Origin: Naegleria gruberi
Taxonomy: Eukaryota
Direction: 5' to 3' (one strand)
DNA: 64,000 bases
Assembly: GCA_000004985.1 (NCBI GenBank)
Contig: GG738858.1
The number at the start of each line of letters is the position of its first letter. The first letter of the stretch is position 1. The notes beneath the pieces are model-generated. The model saw only the letters and a program-made list of their open reading frames with translations. It did no database searches and had not been told where the DNA came from. Shown here piece after piece: positions 1-13,148 of this stretch. The translations under genes and the position numbers were made by a program.

Positions 1-117
1 AAATAAGTTAAATTTTAAAAAAATTAAACATGTTCAAGTTTTTTCAGAATGGTTATTTGAATTTAATTTTATTAATGAAAATACAAAAAAATTTATTAAA
101 TTTATTAAATATTTAAA

Positions 118-1832
118 TTAAATATCTTGAATTTCTTTTTTTAAAATTTCTAAATTTTGATCAAATCTAATAAATTTACCAAATTGATTTAAATTATTAT
201 ATAAATTATTCATAAAATCATCCATAAAACAAAAACATAATAATTTAAAATGTCTAATTTCAGATTGTTCTAAATATGGTAATTGTTTTCTTTTAATATC
301 AATTAAAATTTTACAAATTGGATCAATTAAATAAAAACCAAAATCTAAATTTTCTAATAAATCTAAAAAACAAATTTCTTTTAAATCATTTAAATAAATT
401 AAAATATCATTTAATAATTCAGCTAGAGGTAAAAATTCTAAAATTTTTAAATTATTTTGATAATTATCTTTAAATTTATATTTTAAAATTGATTCTTTAA
501 AATTATTTAAAAATAAATTCATAAAAAATTTAAAATTATAATTTAATTTTTTAATAAATAAATTAATAATAATAGGTCTAATATCAATTCCAATTTTAGA
601 TAAAGTATTTCCTAAAAATAAACATTCATTTAATAATTTTTTATATTCTTCTCCATTTAAAATTGAATCTTGTAAAAAATTATTTAAATTATTTAAATAT
701 GGTTTAATTAAATGTTGAATACATGAAGATAAAATTAAATCTAAATTTGTAAATATACTTTTATATTGTGTTATAATTTCAAATATAAAATTTTTATATA
801 AATTTGTTAATTTTATAAAATTTTCAAAATTATTTGAAAAATCTAATTGTTGATTTAAATAAAAAATTCTTGATTGTAAAAATAACATTTTAATTTCTTC
901 TTCATTTTGTGTTATTTGCATTCTTTTTAAAATTCCAATTATTTGTATACTATTTTTAATATTAATTTCTTGTTTTAATTTATAAATTAATTGTGATAAT
1001 ATTGTTTTCATTATTAAATTAATTTCAATTATTATATTTTTAGTAATTTCTATATTTGGATATTGTTCATATATATCATATCCAATTTCATATATATCTA
1101 ATGCTTCTGTATATAATTGATTTTGTATACATAATTTTAATAAATTTGGTATTTCTAATATTTGTAATATTCTATTTTGATTTTCATTTAAAATTAAAAT
1201 TTTACTCTTTTCAATTTTATATTCAGATTGTTGTTGATATTGTAAAGTTTCTAATAAATTTTTAATTTTTAAATAAATTTCATCATTAATTGTAATTGTT
1301 AATTCATTTTTTAATTTATTAGTATTAGAATTAGAATTATTATTAGAATTATTAATAGTATTAGATGATGGTGATGATGTAGATATTGATTATTATTAGA
1401 ATTAATAGAAGGTGATATTGTTGTTGTTGTTGTATTTAAAAGTGATAAATTATTTAAATCATCTAATTTTTGATAATATTCATTTAATATATCCTTTTTT
1501 AAATCTAGTAATTGAATACATTCTGATTGAAGTTTTTCTGTTTCTTGTTTAATACTTTGAAACACTTTTTCATTATTTAAAAATACATTATAGTTTTTAG
1601 ATGAAAATTCAATCATTCGCTTTTTTAAATTTGTTAATTGTTGAGGAATTTCATATTCTTGTTCTCTAATTAAATGTTCTATATTATTAGAAAAATAATG
1701 ATGAAGATGATTAGAAGATGATGATGTTATTGTTGATGATGATGATAGCGATGCTGATGATGAAGGAATATTAAATAGTGAAGATGATGATGATGATGGT
1801 GTGATGGTCATGGATGAAGAAAGGCTTGTCAT
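118..1832 (-). CDS. Vps51/Dor1 (COG8)-like vesicle-tethering complex subunit. Single exon, with an apparent 1-nt frameshift at about 1385-1400.
   Basis: ORF 1311..1832 (-) and ORF 118..1011 (-) join into one continuous reading frame if a 1-nt indel is allowed inside the (AAT)n tract near 1385-1400. There are no g residues there, so no GT..AG intron is possible. The frame-0 tail 'HHHHHLILLIIL' is junk, and the other frame carries sensible coding sequence through to 118. The N-terminal coiled-coil segment 'IREQEYEIPQQLTNLKKRMIEFSSKNYNVFLNNEKVFQSI' resembles the Vps51/Dor1 domain. Confidence 0.4.
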
Positions 1833-2072
1833 TTTTTTATTACGTGGGCTTTTTTGATCAATAGATATTAATTGATGATATTGTAAATCATCATCACTAT
1901 ATCGGAATCTTTAAATTACACACAGATGGATAAATCTAATAGCATTGAACAAAAAGGCTAATAACAATTTGATGGATTCATAATTTGTATTGTACTTTTT
2001 ATTGGTGTGAAGTTGGTGAAGAAGGCTTTGAAATAAATTCGTTAACATACAAATTTTAAATTTAAAAAAAAA

Positions 2073-5000
2073 ATGTTAGCATCAACACCAGCAGGTGAAC
2101 ACGGTGTTGTATTCCAACCTAACAACAACAATATCAATTTTAATAATCAATATTCCGTGGCATCACCATCCATGATGAATGGTTCAGAATCTTCATATCA
2201 ACAAGAACAATACTATACTAGTAATATCAACAATAATAATGGATATCCACAAAATAATATTCCATCACAAGTTACATCATCAATGAAAGTTGAAAGTAGT
2301 CAAGTTGATACTAGTAAGAAGGATCAAAAATCGGAAAAGAAGAAAAAGAAGAAAAAGTCTACTGATAAAAAAGCAAGATCTGCAGAACCACGTCTACCAT
2401 ACAAAGTCTTACATCAAAAGTTAGTTTTAGATGTAGATTTGTATCAAAAGGCTTTGATAGGTTATACTGATATTATTATTACACCTTTCCACAATAATAT
2501 TGATCAAATATCATTACATTGTCTTCAATCAAGTATGTTATTTAGTAATTAGTTTGATAATTCTAATTCAATTAAAGATGTAACTGGTGTTCATGCACTT
2601 TTTATAAACAAACTTAAATCACAACCTATTGTACAACAAAATGAGGATCAAATTCAACAAGTAACTCATAATAATATTCAAAATCAAGTTAATCATCATG
2701 ATTTGGAAGTATCTATTAAAGAATTCATGTTACAATATGATATTGAAAATGAAGGAACATTAACTATTAAATTTAAAACACCATTACTAAAGAAAACAAC
2801 ATCATCTATTAGAATTTTCTTTGATTTGAAAAATCCTCTAAGTGGAGTCTATTTTGTAGATACAACAAGTAAAAATGATCAGTCAATGATAGATGATAAT
2901 GAATTGAATTCTAATACTTCAACTACACAAACAAATAATAATGATATGATTGATGAAAATTTATCATCACTTAATAGTACAATGCCACATATGTATACAC
3001 AAAGTCAAATGCAAGGAGCAAGATGTTGGTTTCCTTGTGTTGATTTATTATCATCATTTCATTCATTTGAATTTGAAATTACAAGTCATGCTGAAGCAAT
3101 GATAATTTGTTCAGGTGATTTGATAAAACAAGTTGAAAATTATTCAGGTACTTTAAAAACATCCTATTTTAAAACAAAATCCATCATTTCACCTTCAAGT
3201 GTTTGTATTGCAGTTGGACCATTTAATATTTCATATTCAAGTTTAACTCTAAATTCCTATGATTTAATATTAAATGCTTTTTATTTACCAAGTTATTCAT
3301 TGGAATCTATTAGACATACTTTAGGATTTGTGAAAAGAGCTTTAATATTTTTAGAAGATTATTTAGAATTTAAATATAAGGATTTATTTAATTTAAATAC
3401 ACTTAATATTGTATTTATTGAAAATGGTTATACAAAACAATCAACATTTAGTGGAATTTGTTTATTAGATTCAAATCAAATGATATTAGAACCAAATATT
3501 ATTGATACAGTACAAGATAATAGAATGAGTCTTGTTCGTTTAATAACTGAACAATTTTTTGGTAATTTTATTCATTCCAAAACATGGTCAGATTATTGGT
3601 TAATTGAAGGTATTGCAGGATATTTAGCCTATCAATATTATGAAAGTGAATTTGGTCAAAATGCTAAAAGATTTAAAATAATGAAAGCAGGAAAGGAATT
3701 ACTTTCAATTGAAAATCATACACAATCATTATATATTGAAAATTATTGTCATCCAAGTGAACTTTTAACAGAATATTTACTTAAGAAATCACCACTTGTT
3801 ATTTATATGATTGATAGACAAATTTCAACTTCTAATATGAGAAATTTATTGAACAAATTTTTAAAAAATGCTCATACACTTGATAGTAAGAGATATAATG
3901 ATCGTTTAATTTCATCATCAAGTTTTATCAAGACAATTGGTAAAACTTTTGCAACAGATTTAAAAGAATTTTCATCTTATTGGATTTATGGTACTGGTAT
4001 TCCACAATTTGCAATTTCATTTAAATATGATGATATGAGAAGTTGTGTTGATTTAAAAGTTAAACAAATTTTACCATTTCCTGAAATTCAACCTTTTAGA
4101 GGAAAAGTAACTGTTAGAATTTTAGAATCTGAAGGAGCACCAAATGATTTTATTGCAAATTTAGATAAGGAAGAAAATCAATTTGAATTTCATATTAATT
4201 CTAAACCTATTAAAAAGCATCACAAAAAAGTTCAAGGTGGACAAGGACAACCAACAGAAGCTGTTCGTGTTATCATTCCATTAAAATGGATTAGATTTGA
4301 TCCAGAACAAGATTGGATTAAAGTACAATCATTTTCACAAACACAAGAAATGTGGAATTATCAATTGAATGATGTTAAAGATGTTGTTGCACAATATGAA
4401 TCAATCAAAGCTTTAACATTCTTTGCAGATACTGAACCTGTTATTACAATTTTAAATAGAATTTTAAGAGATAATTCTTATTATTATCAAATACGTGTTT
4501 GTGCTGCACATGCTCTTTCTAAAATTCCACAACCAATTGAAAAGAAAGAAGCTTTAAATGTTTTAATTGGATTTTTTAAAACACAATTCTATGATGAACA
4601 ATTAACTTATTTAAAACCAAATAATTTTAAGAATTTTGCTGATTATTTCCTTAAAAAGGAAATTCCATTAGCTTTAACAAATTTTAAAGATGATAAGGTT
4701 AATAATGAAACATTTCCAGAAGTTGTTTTACTTTTATTAGAATTAATCAAATATAATGATGATTCTGAGAATTTATTCTCTGGAAATTTCTATATTGCTA
4801 ATTTAATCAAATCAATTTCACTTTTAAATACTTCAAATCCTAATTTTAATCAAAAAATTGAAAAAATACTTTACAAATATTTAGTAATTGATTCTGATTT
4901 AATTCCAAGTTATCATTATATCAAAACTGTTACTTCTTTAGAATCAATTGCAAATTTACAATCATCTGGTAAATCTAAAATTAATTTGGATGTTTTTTAT

Positions 5001-6080
5001 AGATATTTGGATTTTAAAAAATCAGATCATGTCAGATTTTCATCATGGCGTTGTGTTATGAATATTTTAGATTCAATTTTAGATTCTTCTTCTTTAAATA
5101 ATAATAATATGAATGGTAATAATTTAAATAACAATAATTTAAATGGTAATAATTTAAATGAAAAGAATATAATAACATCAAGTGGAGAATTAATATCAGA
5201 ATGTTATTCAAATGTAGAATTATTAACACATGTTAAAATAATATTTAATAGATTTATTTCATTATTAAATGATGAAAATGAAACAAGTCATGCTAAATAT
5301 GAAATTACTAAAATTATAACACAATCAATATTTAATTGTTCAGCACGTATGCTATTAGAATTTAATAATAAGAAAGTTTCATTAGCATTTATTAAAAAAG
5401 TATCAGCATTGGGATTATTTTTAATTGATATAAGATTATCAAAAATAACAAATAGAAAATTAGTTGATTTAATTTGGAATTATTTACATGATTCTAAATA
5501 TACACAATTTGATTTTAAATTAAGATCAATAATTATGAATTTATACAAATCTATTTGGTCTTCAAATATTCCATTGTGTTATGATTCTAAATTTGTTAAT
5601 AGTAATAATTTTGATCATGCTATTTTAGTTGCACCTTCTTTATATGGTATTACTGATTTGAAAATTGTTCAACCTCAACAATTGAAAAGTCATCAATATT
5701 TAGCAAGTGAACAACCACGTGTTGTATTTGATTCAAGTCAATTATCAAATTTTATTTCTTCACCTGCACTTGCACCAACTATATTTACAACAAGTCAAAT
5801 TGATAAGAAGAAACGATCTTCAAAATCATCTTCTGCTGCTCTTTCATCACTTGTTTCAAGTGCTACAGCTAATAATTCATCATCAACTGGTAGTGGTAGT
5901 GGTAGTAGTAATGGTAATGGACTTAGTGTTGTTACTTCACTCTCTACACCAACAACCATTACAATTTCTACTGCAGGTCAATCTACTGTTATTAATTCAA
6001 GTAATGGTAGTACTATTGGTAGTAGTACTAGTAAAGAAGGATTCAAAGAAGAAGGAGTCATCTTCCTCTTCCAAATCTAA
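2073..6080 (+). CDS. taf2: TFIID subunit TAF2 (TBP-associated factor 2), two exons. Intron about 2533..2661 (alternative acceptor 2688) removes the single in-frame TAG.
   Basis: Exon 1 'PRLPYKVLHQKL' matches human TAF2 'PRPYKLTHQVV'. 'GARCWFPCVD' is the degenerate M1-aminopeptidase motif that TAF2 carries. 'WNYQLNDVKDVVAQYESIKAL' matches human 'WQYQLRYERDVVAQQESILAL'. The GTATGT donor is at 2533, and both ORFs are in the same frame separated by one TAG. The frame-0 ORF ends oddly ('GVIFLFQI*') at 6080. Confidence 0.8.
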
Positions 6081-8016
6081 ATCGTCCTCTAAGAAAGAGT
6101 CCTCCTCTTCTGATAAAAAGGATAAAGATTCCTCAGAGTCTAAGAAGAAGGATAAAGATTCTGAAAAGAAGAAATCCAAGAAGGATTCCGATAAGAAGGA
6201 TAAGGATTCTGAAAAGAAGAGAAAGAGAGACTCTGAAAAATCTTCACCTTCTTCCTCATCTAAAAAGAAGAAGGAAGTTGTTGAACCTGTTACACCAACC
6301 ACTGTAAAAATCAAGTTAAATACACCAATTACAACACCGTTAGCTAGCAGTTCAACTTCAATGACAACACCTGAACAACCTAAAAAGAAAAAACCTTCTT
6401 CAAAATCCAAATCAGAAAAGTTAACTACACCTGCTTTAACAAGTGAAAAATCGACCAGTTCAAGTGCTTCTGCATCCTCATCATCTGCTATTGGTAGTAG
6501 TAGTAGTAGTAGTGGTAGTAGTAGAGGTGGTACAAGTCTATCAATTAAGAAGGAAATTAATATTGATGATCAACTTGTAACACCTGCAGCAGCAGCAACA
6601 ACAATAGCACAAACACAAGAAATTGGTAAGAATGAAAAGGAATCTATTGAAAAGAAATTGAAAAATCGTGAAGCTAAAAAGAATCAATGTAAAGCAACTC
6701 GATTAATTTTAATTACATTTGATACAAGTGAAATTAAAGTTTATGTTGAATTGGATGATGATTCACCAACAGCAGATGTAATTTATCGTAGTGTACCATT
6801 AGCATCACCTCTAGTACAATCACCTGGTAAAGGAATTGTTTATTTTACATGTGAAATTGAACATATTGAATTAGAAGAAACAGCAAGATCTGAAGTTAAA
6901 CAAGGTGAAATTGCATTCTGGGTTAGTGGTACAGCATTTGTTTTGGGATTTGGTAAAACAGTATTTTCACTTGCTAATGAAACACGTCTCTATCAACCAT
7001 GTAATATATTTGGTGAAATGATGTATCCAGTTAAATCATTACAAAAAACAGCATTACAACAAAAAGTAACTGTTAGTCGTTTCCCTAGAGTTTATATTGA
7101 TTTACCTGAACTTGATAAACGTATCGATATTGATATGTATGATACATTTAAAGATATTACAAATGGATATATTGCACCTAGATTACCATTTACTAGACAA
7201 TTTATGCCTTTATTTGGTAGAATATTATATTTTAATATTGGACATATTGATACATCACATTTAGAATCAGTTTCACCTGGTTTTCATAGAGATTATTTAT
7301 ATCCAGGTGAAATTGCTTATTGGGCAGGTGGTGATTCACTTTTACTTGGTACAGGTCCAACAGATATTAAGAAACACAATCATAATTCAAAGGAAATTAG
7401 ATATAATTTATTGGAAAATTGTTTTATTATTGGTAAAATTGTTTCAGCTGATTATAATTTATTACCTGATTTAATAGAAAAATATCCACACACACCACTC
7501 TATTTTAATAGACGTGAATTGGTTATTACCATTGATTTTGAACCAAATTTAAATGAACAAATTAATGGTGAAGGTGCTGTTAATAGTTTGGATATTTTAA
7601 TTGGAGTTTCAGGTACAATGAGTGGAGATATTATATTTGATACTTGTTTTAATGGATATGAAACAAGAGGTCATGAAATTACTCAACCACAAGGTGATAA
7701 ATGTGGTATTGTTGGAATTAAATTAAATCCAAAAGAAAATCCAATTTTAGAAACACTTCAACATGAAATTAATAATGCAACTGAAACTGCAAAACCACAA
7801 GAAGTTGTTTTATTTTGGGATTCACATACTATTGGTTTTCCATTTTCAAATAATCCTGAAACTGCTCCTTATAATTTACCTGAAATGGCAAATCCATTTG
7901 GAAGTTTTAAACAAGTTTTAAATATGGAAATGAGTTATTATCAATTTATTAACTTTTTACAAAACAGAAAAGTTAAACAATTTACAATTACAAAGAGAGA
8001 AATTGAATATAATTAA
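6040..8016 (+). CDS. In-frame (+1) continuation of TAF2. It holds a K/S/D-rich tail (like the human TAF2 lysine-rich C-terminus), then two tandem cyclophilin-like (PF04126-type) domains.
   Basis: The frame-1 ORF is open from upstream of 6040 to the TAA at 8016. Codon periodicity in the K/S-rich part is strong: 'KKDSKKKESSSS...KKRKRDSEK'. The duplicated motif 'GEIAFWVSGTAFVLGFGKT' / 'GEIAYWAGGDSLLLGTGPT' matches the G-D/E-I-A-Y-W...G..L.I.(F/Y)G signature I recall for cyclophilin-like domains. It is linked to the TAF2 frame by a 1-nt shift somewhere in 6030-6077, with no room for an intron. Confidence 0.5.
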   Translation, partial: DSKKKESSSSSKSKSSSKKESSSSDKKDKDSSESKKKDKDSEKKKSKKDSDKKDKDSEKKRKRDSEKSSPSSSSKKKKEVVEPVTPTTVKIKLNTPITTPLASSSTSMTTPEQPKKKKPSSKSKSEKLTTPALTSEKSTSSSASASSSSAIGSSSSSSGSSRGGTSLSIKKEINIDDQLVTPAAAATTIAQTQEIGKNEKESIEKKLKNREAKKNQCKATRLILITFDTSEIKVYVELDDDSPTADVIYRSVPLASPLVQSPGKGIVYFTCEIEHIELEETARSEVKQGEIAFWVSGTAFVLGFGKTVFSLANETRLYQPCNIFGEMMYPVKSLQKTALQQKVTVSRFPRVYIDLPELDKRIDIDMYDTFKDITNGYIAPRLPFTRQFMPLFGRILYFNIGHIDTSHLESVSPGFHRDYLYPGEIAYWAGGDSLLLGTGPTDIKKHNHNSKEIRYNLLENCFIIGKIVSADYNLLPDLIEKYPHTPLYFNRRELVITIDFEPNLNEQINGEGAVNSLDILIGVSGTMSGDIIFDTCFNGYETRGHEITQPQGDKCGIVGIKLNPKENPILETLQHEINNATETAKPQEVVLFWDSHTIGFPFSNNPETAPYNLPEMANPFGSFKQVLNMEMSYYQFINFLQNRKVKQFTITKREIEYN

Positions 8017-8313
8017 AATCATTAGAGAGATACCATTGAGGAGTAGAAAAGTATTATTAAATGACAATGGTTGATAAGAAAGTTCATCAATTCAATTTAG
8101 AATTTAATGTATTAAAATTACATATAATCTCTCTTCAAGACATGTAAAAGTTGATCAAAATGATTCCAACAAATAACCTCAGTAAACATTAGAAATTTCT
8201 GTAACAGTCAATTTTTTAAAACTACAAAAACCGTTCGAAAAAAACAGAAAATTCCCTCCAAACATTAAAAAAAGTAAAATACCAACAACACCAACACCAC
8301 CTCACATCTAAGC

Positions 8314-11300
8314 ATGTCATCAGATGCTCGTCTGATTCAATCACTAGAGGAAACTGCTCAATTTATTTCTAGTAAATATAAACTTGATGATGGTATGTTT
8401 GTATAATAACACTTTGTCATCCCGACTCTATAAAACATTGTACCTTAAATATGACATATCATTGTAGTATTGAATACCATTTCAAAGAGGAGACGTAATT
8501 CTCTTAAATCGTCATCATCCGAAACAACAAATATTCCTCAAATAGCCTTAGAGAAAGTCAATAATTCTCAGAGGCTTCAAAGAGAAGAGGAAGAAGATGA
8601 TGGTGCACCATCTGTTCTTTCAGCTCGTTCTCATAATTCAACAAGATTAAGTATTAAAACACCTAATAATCAACAACAACAACAATATGAAGTGATTACA
8701 CCTACAGGCTATTTACAAAATTCATTTCATTTCAATAATAATAATCAATCAATCAACCTCAATCGACCTTCAAGTGCAGCATCAAGTAATAGTTGTGTAA
8801 GTCAAAAAACAAGTACAAGTCAAACAATGTATCCTATTAGTAATTCAAAACTTTCTTCACCTAATTCAGTTCCAATTTATCCATTTTCAATGACAACAGA
8901 TCATCAACAACTCAATACTCAACAATCTCTAATTCATGAAGAACAATTACTTACTCCAAGACAACAATCATGCTTAATGAATCAACAAGAAGAAATATTT
9001 TCAATTCATGAATTAGATAGTGCTTCATTAAGATTACTTCAGGAAATTCATGATCCTAAATCTTCCCTAAATAGTAGTAGATCAAATAGTAGTTTAGGAA
9101 TTCATAATCAAAATAATAACAATTCATTTCATTCTTCTTCTAATAATTATTCACAACAATTAATTAATGATGAAGAATTAAATCAAGCTATAAATAGTCA
9201 TAACCAATTAAGGAAAGAAATAAGTAATGTCATTCCACAACAAGATTTTATTGAACCACCAAATGAAGAAGAATCAATTCTAGAAGAAGAATATGTTGAA
9301 AATTATGAAATTGATGAAACATATGAAATTGAAAATCCACATTTAAATAGAATTCATTTAACAACAAGTGAATCAATTATTAATGAAGTTTTTGATTTAA
9401 ATAACAAACAAACAAGAGAAACAATTGAACAAGTCATTTCACAATTAACTCAAGTTGAAGATGAATTAGATAAACAAGAAGATGAATTAATTATTAAGGA
9501 ACAATTTTTAAATCCAATAATTTTAAATAATAATTTAACTAATAATTTAAATAATAATTTAAATAGAACATCTTTGAATCAATCTATTAATAATATCAAT
9601 AATAATAATATGAATAATAATAATACATATACTAGTCAACAACAATTAAATCAATCGAATCCTTCTAATAATCTTAATAATTTTACACAATGTATACCAC
9701 CATTAAATGAAGATGTTGATTATAAAACAAGATTACAATATTATATGAAATATTTATTACATTCTAATGAAAAGATAAAAATGGAAAGTATTAAAAATTT
9801 AAAAGAATTAATTTCTAATAATCAAATTTATCAATCCTCAACAGATATATATTATAAACTAGTTGAAATATTAAATAATAATATAATACAATTATTTTAT
9901 AATCAAACCAAAATATTAAATAGAAATGTAATTGAATTATTAATTTTATTATATAAATTTATAAATAATGAAATAATTGAAAATATAATTGAATTATTAA
10001 AAGATTTTAAATATTTTGAAATTTATGATTCAATATTAACATTATTATTTAGATTAGGTATAACAACAATTGAAAGAGTATTTGAAATATTAAATATTGA
10101 ATCAGAATGGAATAATATTATTTTAACACATTTAGTAAATCATCCTTTAATTATTGAAAATGTAATACTTCCTATTTTACATAAAGAATGTTTATCATTT
10201 GATTTAGATAAAAGAGAATGTGCTATTAAATCAATTAAACATTTTGGTTTAATTTCACATAAATGTTTAAATACTTTACTAAATATGTTAATTAATGGTT
10301 CATGTGATAGAATTTTAATTGGACAAGCAATTAGATCTATGGGAATTGAAGGTGAAAAATCTTTAATTAAATTAATGGAATCTTCAAATTCTAAAGTTAA
10401 AGAATCAATTGCTACTGTTTTTGGTGAATTACCATATTTAGTACAATCTCATTTAACTATAATTGCAAATTCAGATATTCATCATTTTATCAAATCACAA
10501 AATCCTAGAATTTTATATTATTTTAATGGTGATGATCAATTACCTCCTTTATTATTATTTGATTCAAGAGAATTAATTTCCATAACTAGAAATATTATTA
10601 GAGATGGTTTATTAGATGAAATTGAATTTGGAAATCAATTTACATGTAAATCTGAATTAACTTTATTACATGCAATGGTTTCATCTTTAAAACCAATTAT
10701 TTATAATGATACTATAAATGGAAATAATACATTTTTAAATAATACTACTTGTATTATTAATAATAATTATACTTTATTAAATAATACAATGAATAATAAT
10801 TATAAAAATCAAACATCAATACTAAATAATATTAATAATACTAATAATATTAATACATCATTTAATTCAACTTGTTATAATTCTCAACATGATCAAAATA
10901 CATCATTTTCAATATTAAAAAGTTATTATATAAAAGAATGTCAAAGAATTAAACAATTATATCAACCTAATAATAATATATTTAAAAATATTAATAATAC
11001 AACTACTATTACTACTATTATAGAAAATCAAAGTGGTAATATTTGCAACAATAGTAGTGGTAGTAGAAAAATGTATTTAAATTCATATTTTGAACAAGTA
11101 CAAGTGAATACAATTTCAAATGAATGTTTAAATAGTTTAATTTGTAATTTTAAATATTCAGATGAATGTGTTAGAATTGCAAGTGTTAAATCAATTATTA
11201 ATTTAATAAGTTTAAATAATATTAATCAATTATTAGAATCATTAAAAATTGAATGTTTAACAGATCCATCACCAAGAGTAAGATCATTAGCATTGGATGC

Positions 11301-12276
11301 TTTTGCTAAAATTGGAAAATCATGTTCATGTTTAAATAGAAGAGAAAAGAGATCAATTTTACAATCAATATTACCATTAATAAGAGATTCACATTGGAAT
11401 GTTAGAATGAGTGCATGTAATGCATTATGTGAACATTATTTACAAATAATTAACATGTCTAATTTTGATAAGGATTTTTATAGACAAATTTTCCATATTT
11501 TAATAACTGCATTAAGAGAAGGAACTTTATCAAGAAATGAAATTTGTAAATGTTTAAGTTTATTAGAATATGATGGTATTTCACAATTAATTTATTTATT
11601 AAGACAAGATTCACAAAGTATGAGTATTCAAGTTAGAATTTCATCTTGTTATGGACTATCTTTAATTTCAATTGATTCTCCATATATAGATAGAATAGTT
11701 GAAACATTATTCATGACTTGTAATTCAATTGAAAAAACTCCACCTCTTGTTAGAAAAGCTGCTATTAAATCTTTAGGTGATTTAGCAAGAAAATCTAAAG
11801 ACAAATTATCATATCTAAGTCCAAGATCACTTTTACCATTTTTATATTCCTTTTTAAAAGATAAGCATTTAATTGTACGTCAAATGTCTGCTCAAGTTTT
11901 AGCTCATTCAGGTCCACATGGTGAATTATTATTAATGGAAGCATTATTGAAAGATTCAAATTCAATTATTCGTTCAAGTGCTGCTTTTGGAATGACTTTT
12001 ATTGGTCCAAAATCAATCATTTCATTAATATTAGCACTCTCAAATGAAATTAATTCACAAGTTAAGAAATCAATTTATATTTCAATTGAATCTTTTAAAT
12101 TTGATGAAATTATTTCAATTATTCAAAACAAATCTCAAAAGGATTCAATTTTAAATACTTTATACACAATTTTAAATAGAATTAATAATTCAAGAGAAAA
12201 TTGTTATCCATCAGATTATGTTTTAGATTTGTTTAATTATATTATTAATACTTTTCATTTAGAAAATCAACAATAA
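8314..12276 (+). CDS. N/Q-rich protein with C-terminal HEAT-type repeats. Two exons, intron 8393..8467 (75 nt).
   Basis: ATG at 8314 opens 'MSSDARLIQSLEETAQFISSKYKLDD'. GTATGT donor at 8393, and the acceptor 'cattgtag' ends at 8467 in the correct phase. HEAT-like repeats in the C-terminus: 'DPSPRVRSLALDAFAKIG', 'DSHWNVRMSACNALC', 'LVRKAAIKSLGDLA', 'HLIVRQMSAQVLAH', 'NSIIRSSAAFGMTF'. Confidence 0.6.
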
Positions 12277-12392
12277 ATTGTTTTTTCAATTAACAATTAT
12301 TCACCATCATCATCAGATTAATATTTTAGATTATTTTAGATTAATGTTTGATTAAATCAAATTATTGTTCTTATATAAATTTAAATATTAAA

Positions 12393-12920
12393 TTATTTAA
12401 AAGAATTATTTGGAATGGAGGCTAACATTGGATCTGATAATTTTCTATTATCGGAAATAGTACTGTATGAATTTGTTATTATTGGTTTTTGATTAATTAA
12501 TAATGGTATTTGATTATTATTATTATTACTACTACTACTGATGGTATTATTAGCCTTTGATGAATTTGAAGAGGATGGCATATTTGATGAGTCTGTAAAG
12601 GTTAGGGAAGGAATTTTGTTATTATTAGTATTCATTGTATTGCCATTTGTCAACATTTTAGGCTGATGTTGTTGATATTGTACTTGTAACATTGGAATTG
12701 AATTTGATTGATTCATTCTCTCATCCATAATCATTGCAATTTGATTAGCCTGAGAATTAACTTTATCAACAGCATCAAATAAAGAATGAATAATAGCCTC
12801 TGTTAATGAAACTGGTACATTTCTATCTTTTTGTAATCTTCTACGTGCTTGAACAATTTTAAGAGATGAAAATAAACTAGCCAATGCTCCAATAATCATA
12901 TAAAGAGGTGTTGATGACAT
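12393..12920 (-). CDS. Hypothetical protein with an N-terminal hydrophobic anchor and an N/S-rich C-terminus.
   Basis: 175-aa ORF starting at ATG. The N-terminal TM-like segment is 'LYMIIGALASLFSSL'. Codon usage fits its neighbours. No homology recognised. Confidence 0.35.
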   Translation of the reverse strand: MSSTPLYMIIGALASLFSSLKIVQARRRLQKDRNVPVSLTEAIIHSLFDAVDKVNSQANQIAMIMDERMNQSNSIPMLQVQYQQHQPKMLTNGNTMNTNNNKIPSLTFTDSSNMPSSSNSSKANNTISSSSNNNNNQIPLLINQKPIITNSYSTISDNRKLSDPMLASIPNNSFK

Positions 12921-13148
12921 TTCCGATTTTCTCCTCTTCTTGAAAAAGCCTTTACAATAAATTATTTTTTTTTAAAATAAATTCAAATAAATAATTGATA
13001 GGAAAATCGAGAATGATACCATTTCAACCTTGTCTTTGAAAACATGAATCATATTCCATCCAAATATTAATAACATCTAAAAAAGAAACAAATTAAATAT
13101 AAAAATTACAATAAAAATTTTTAGCCTTTTTTTGAAATTTTAAAAAAA

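Noticed and set aside
2073-2703. ORF-track 'M' starts at TTG or GTG codons (for example 2703, 8470, 34493, 45982, 47485, 51089).
   Set aside because: These come from a bacterial-style start-codon set. In this eukaryotic sequence, true starts are the upstream ATGs or spliced exons described in the features.
5997-6410. Minus-strand ORF of 137 aa ('DFEEGFFFLG...') antisense to the TAF2 K/S-rich tail. Similar antisense ORFs lie at 16602-16998, 44715-45102, 45432-45647 and 48724-49503.
   Set aside because: They are mirror images of low-complexity (AAG/GAA/TCT-rich) coding sequence on the opposite strand. Such repeats stay open in several frames. They show no start-context or domain support.
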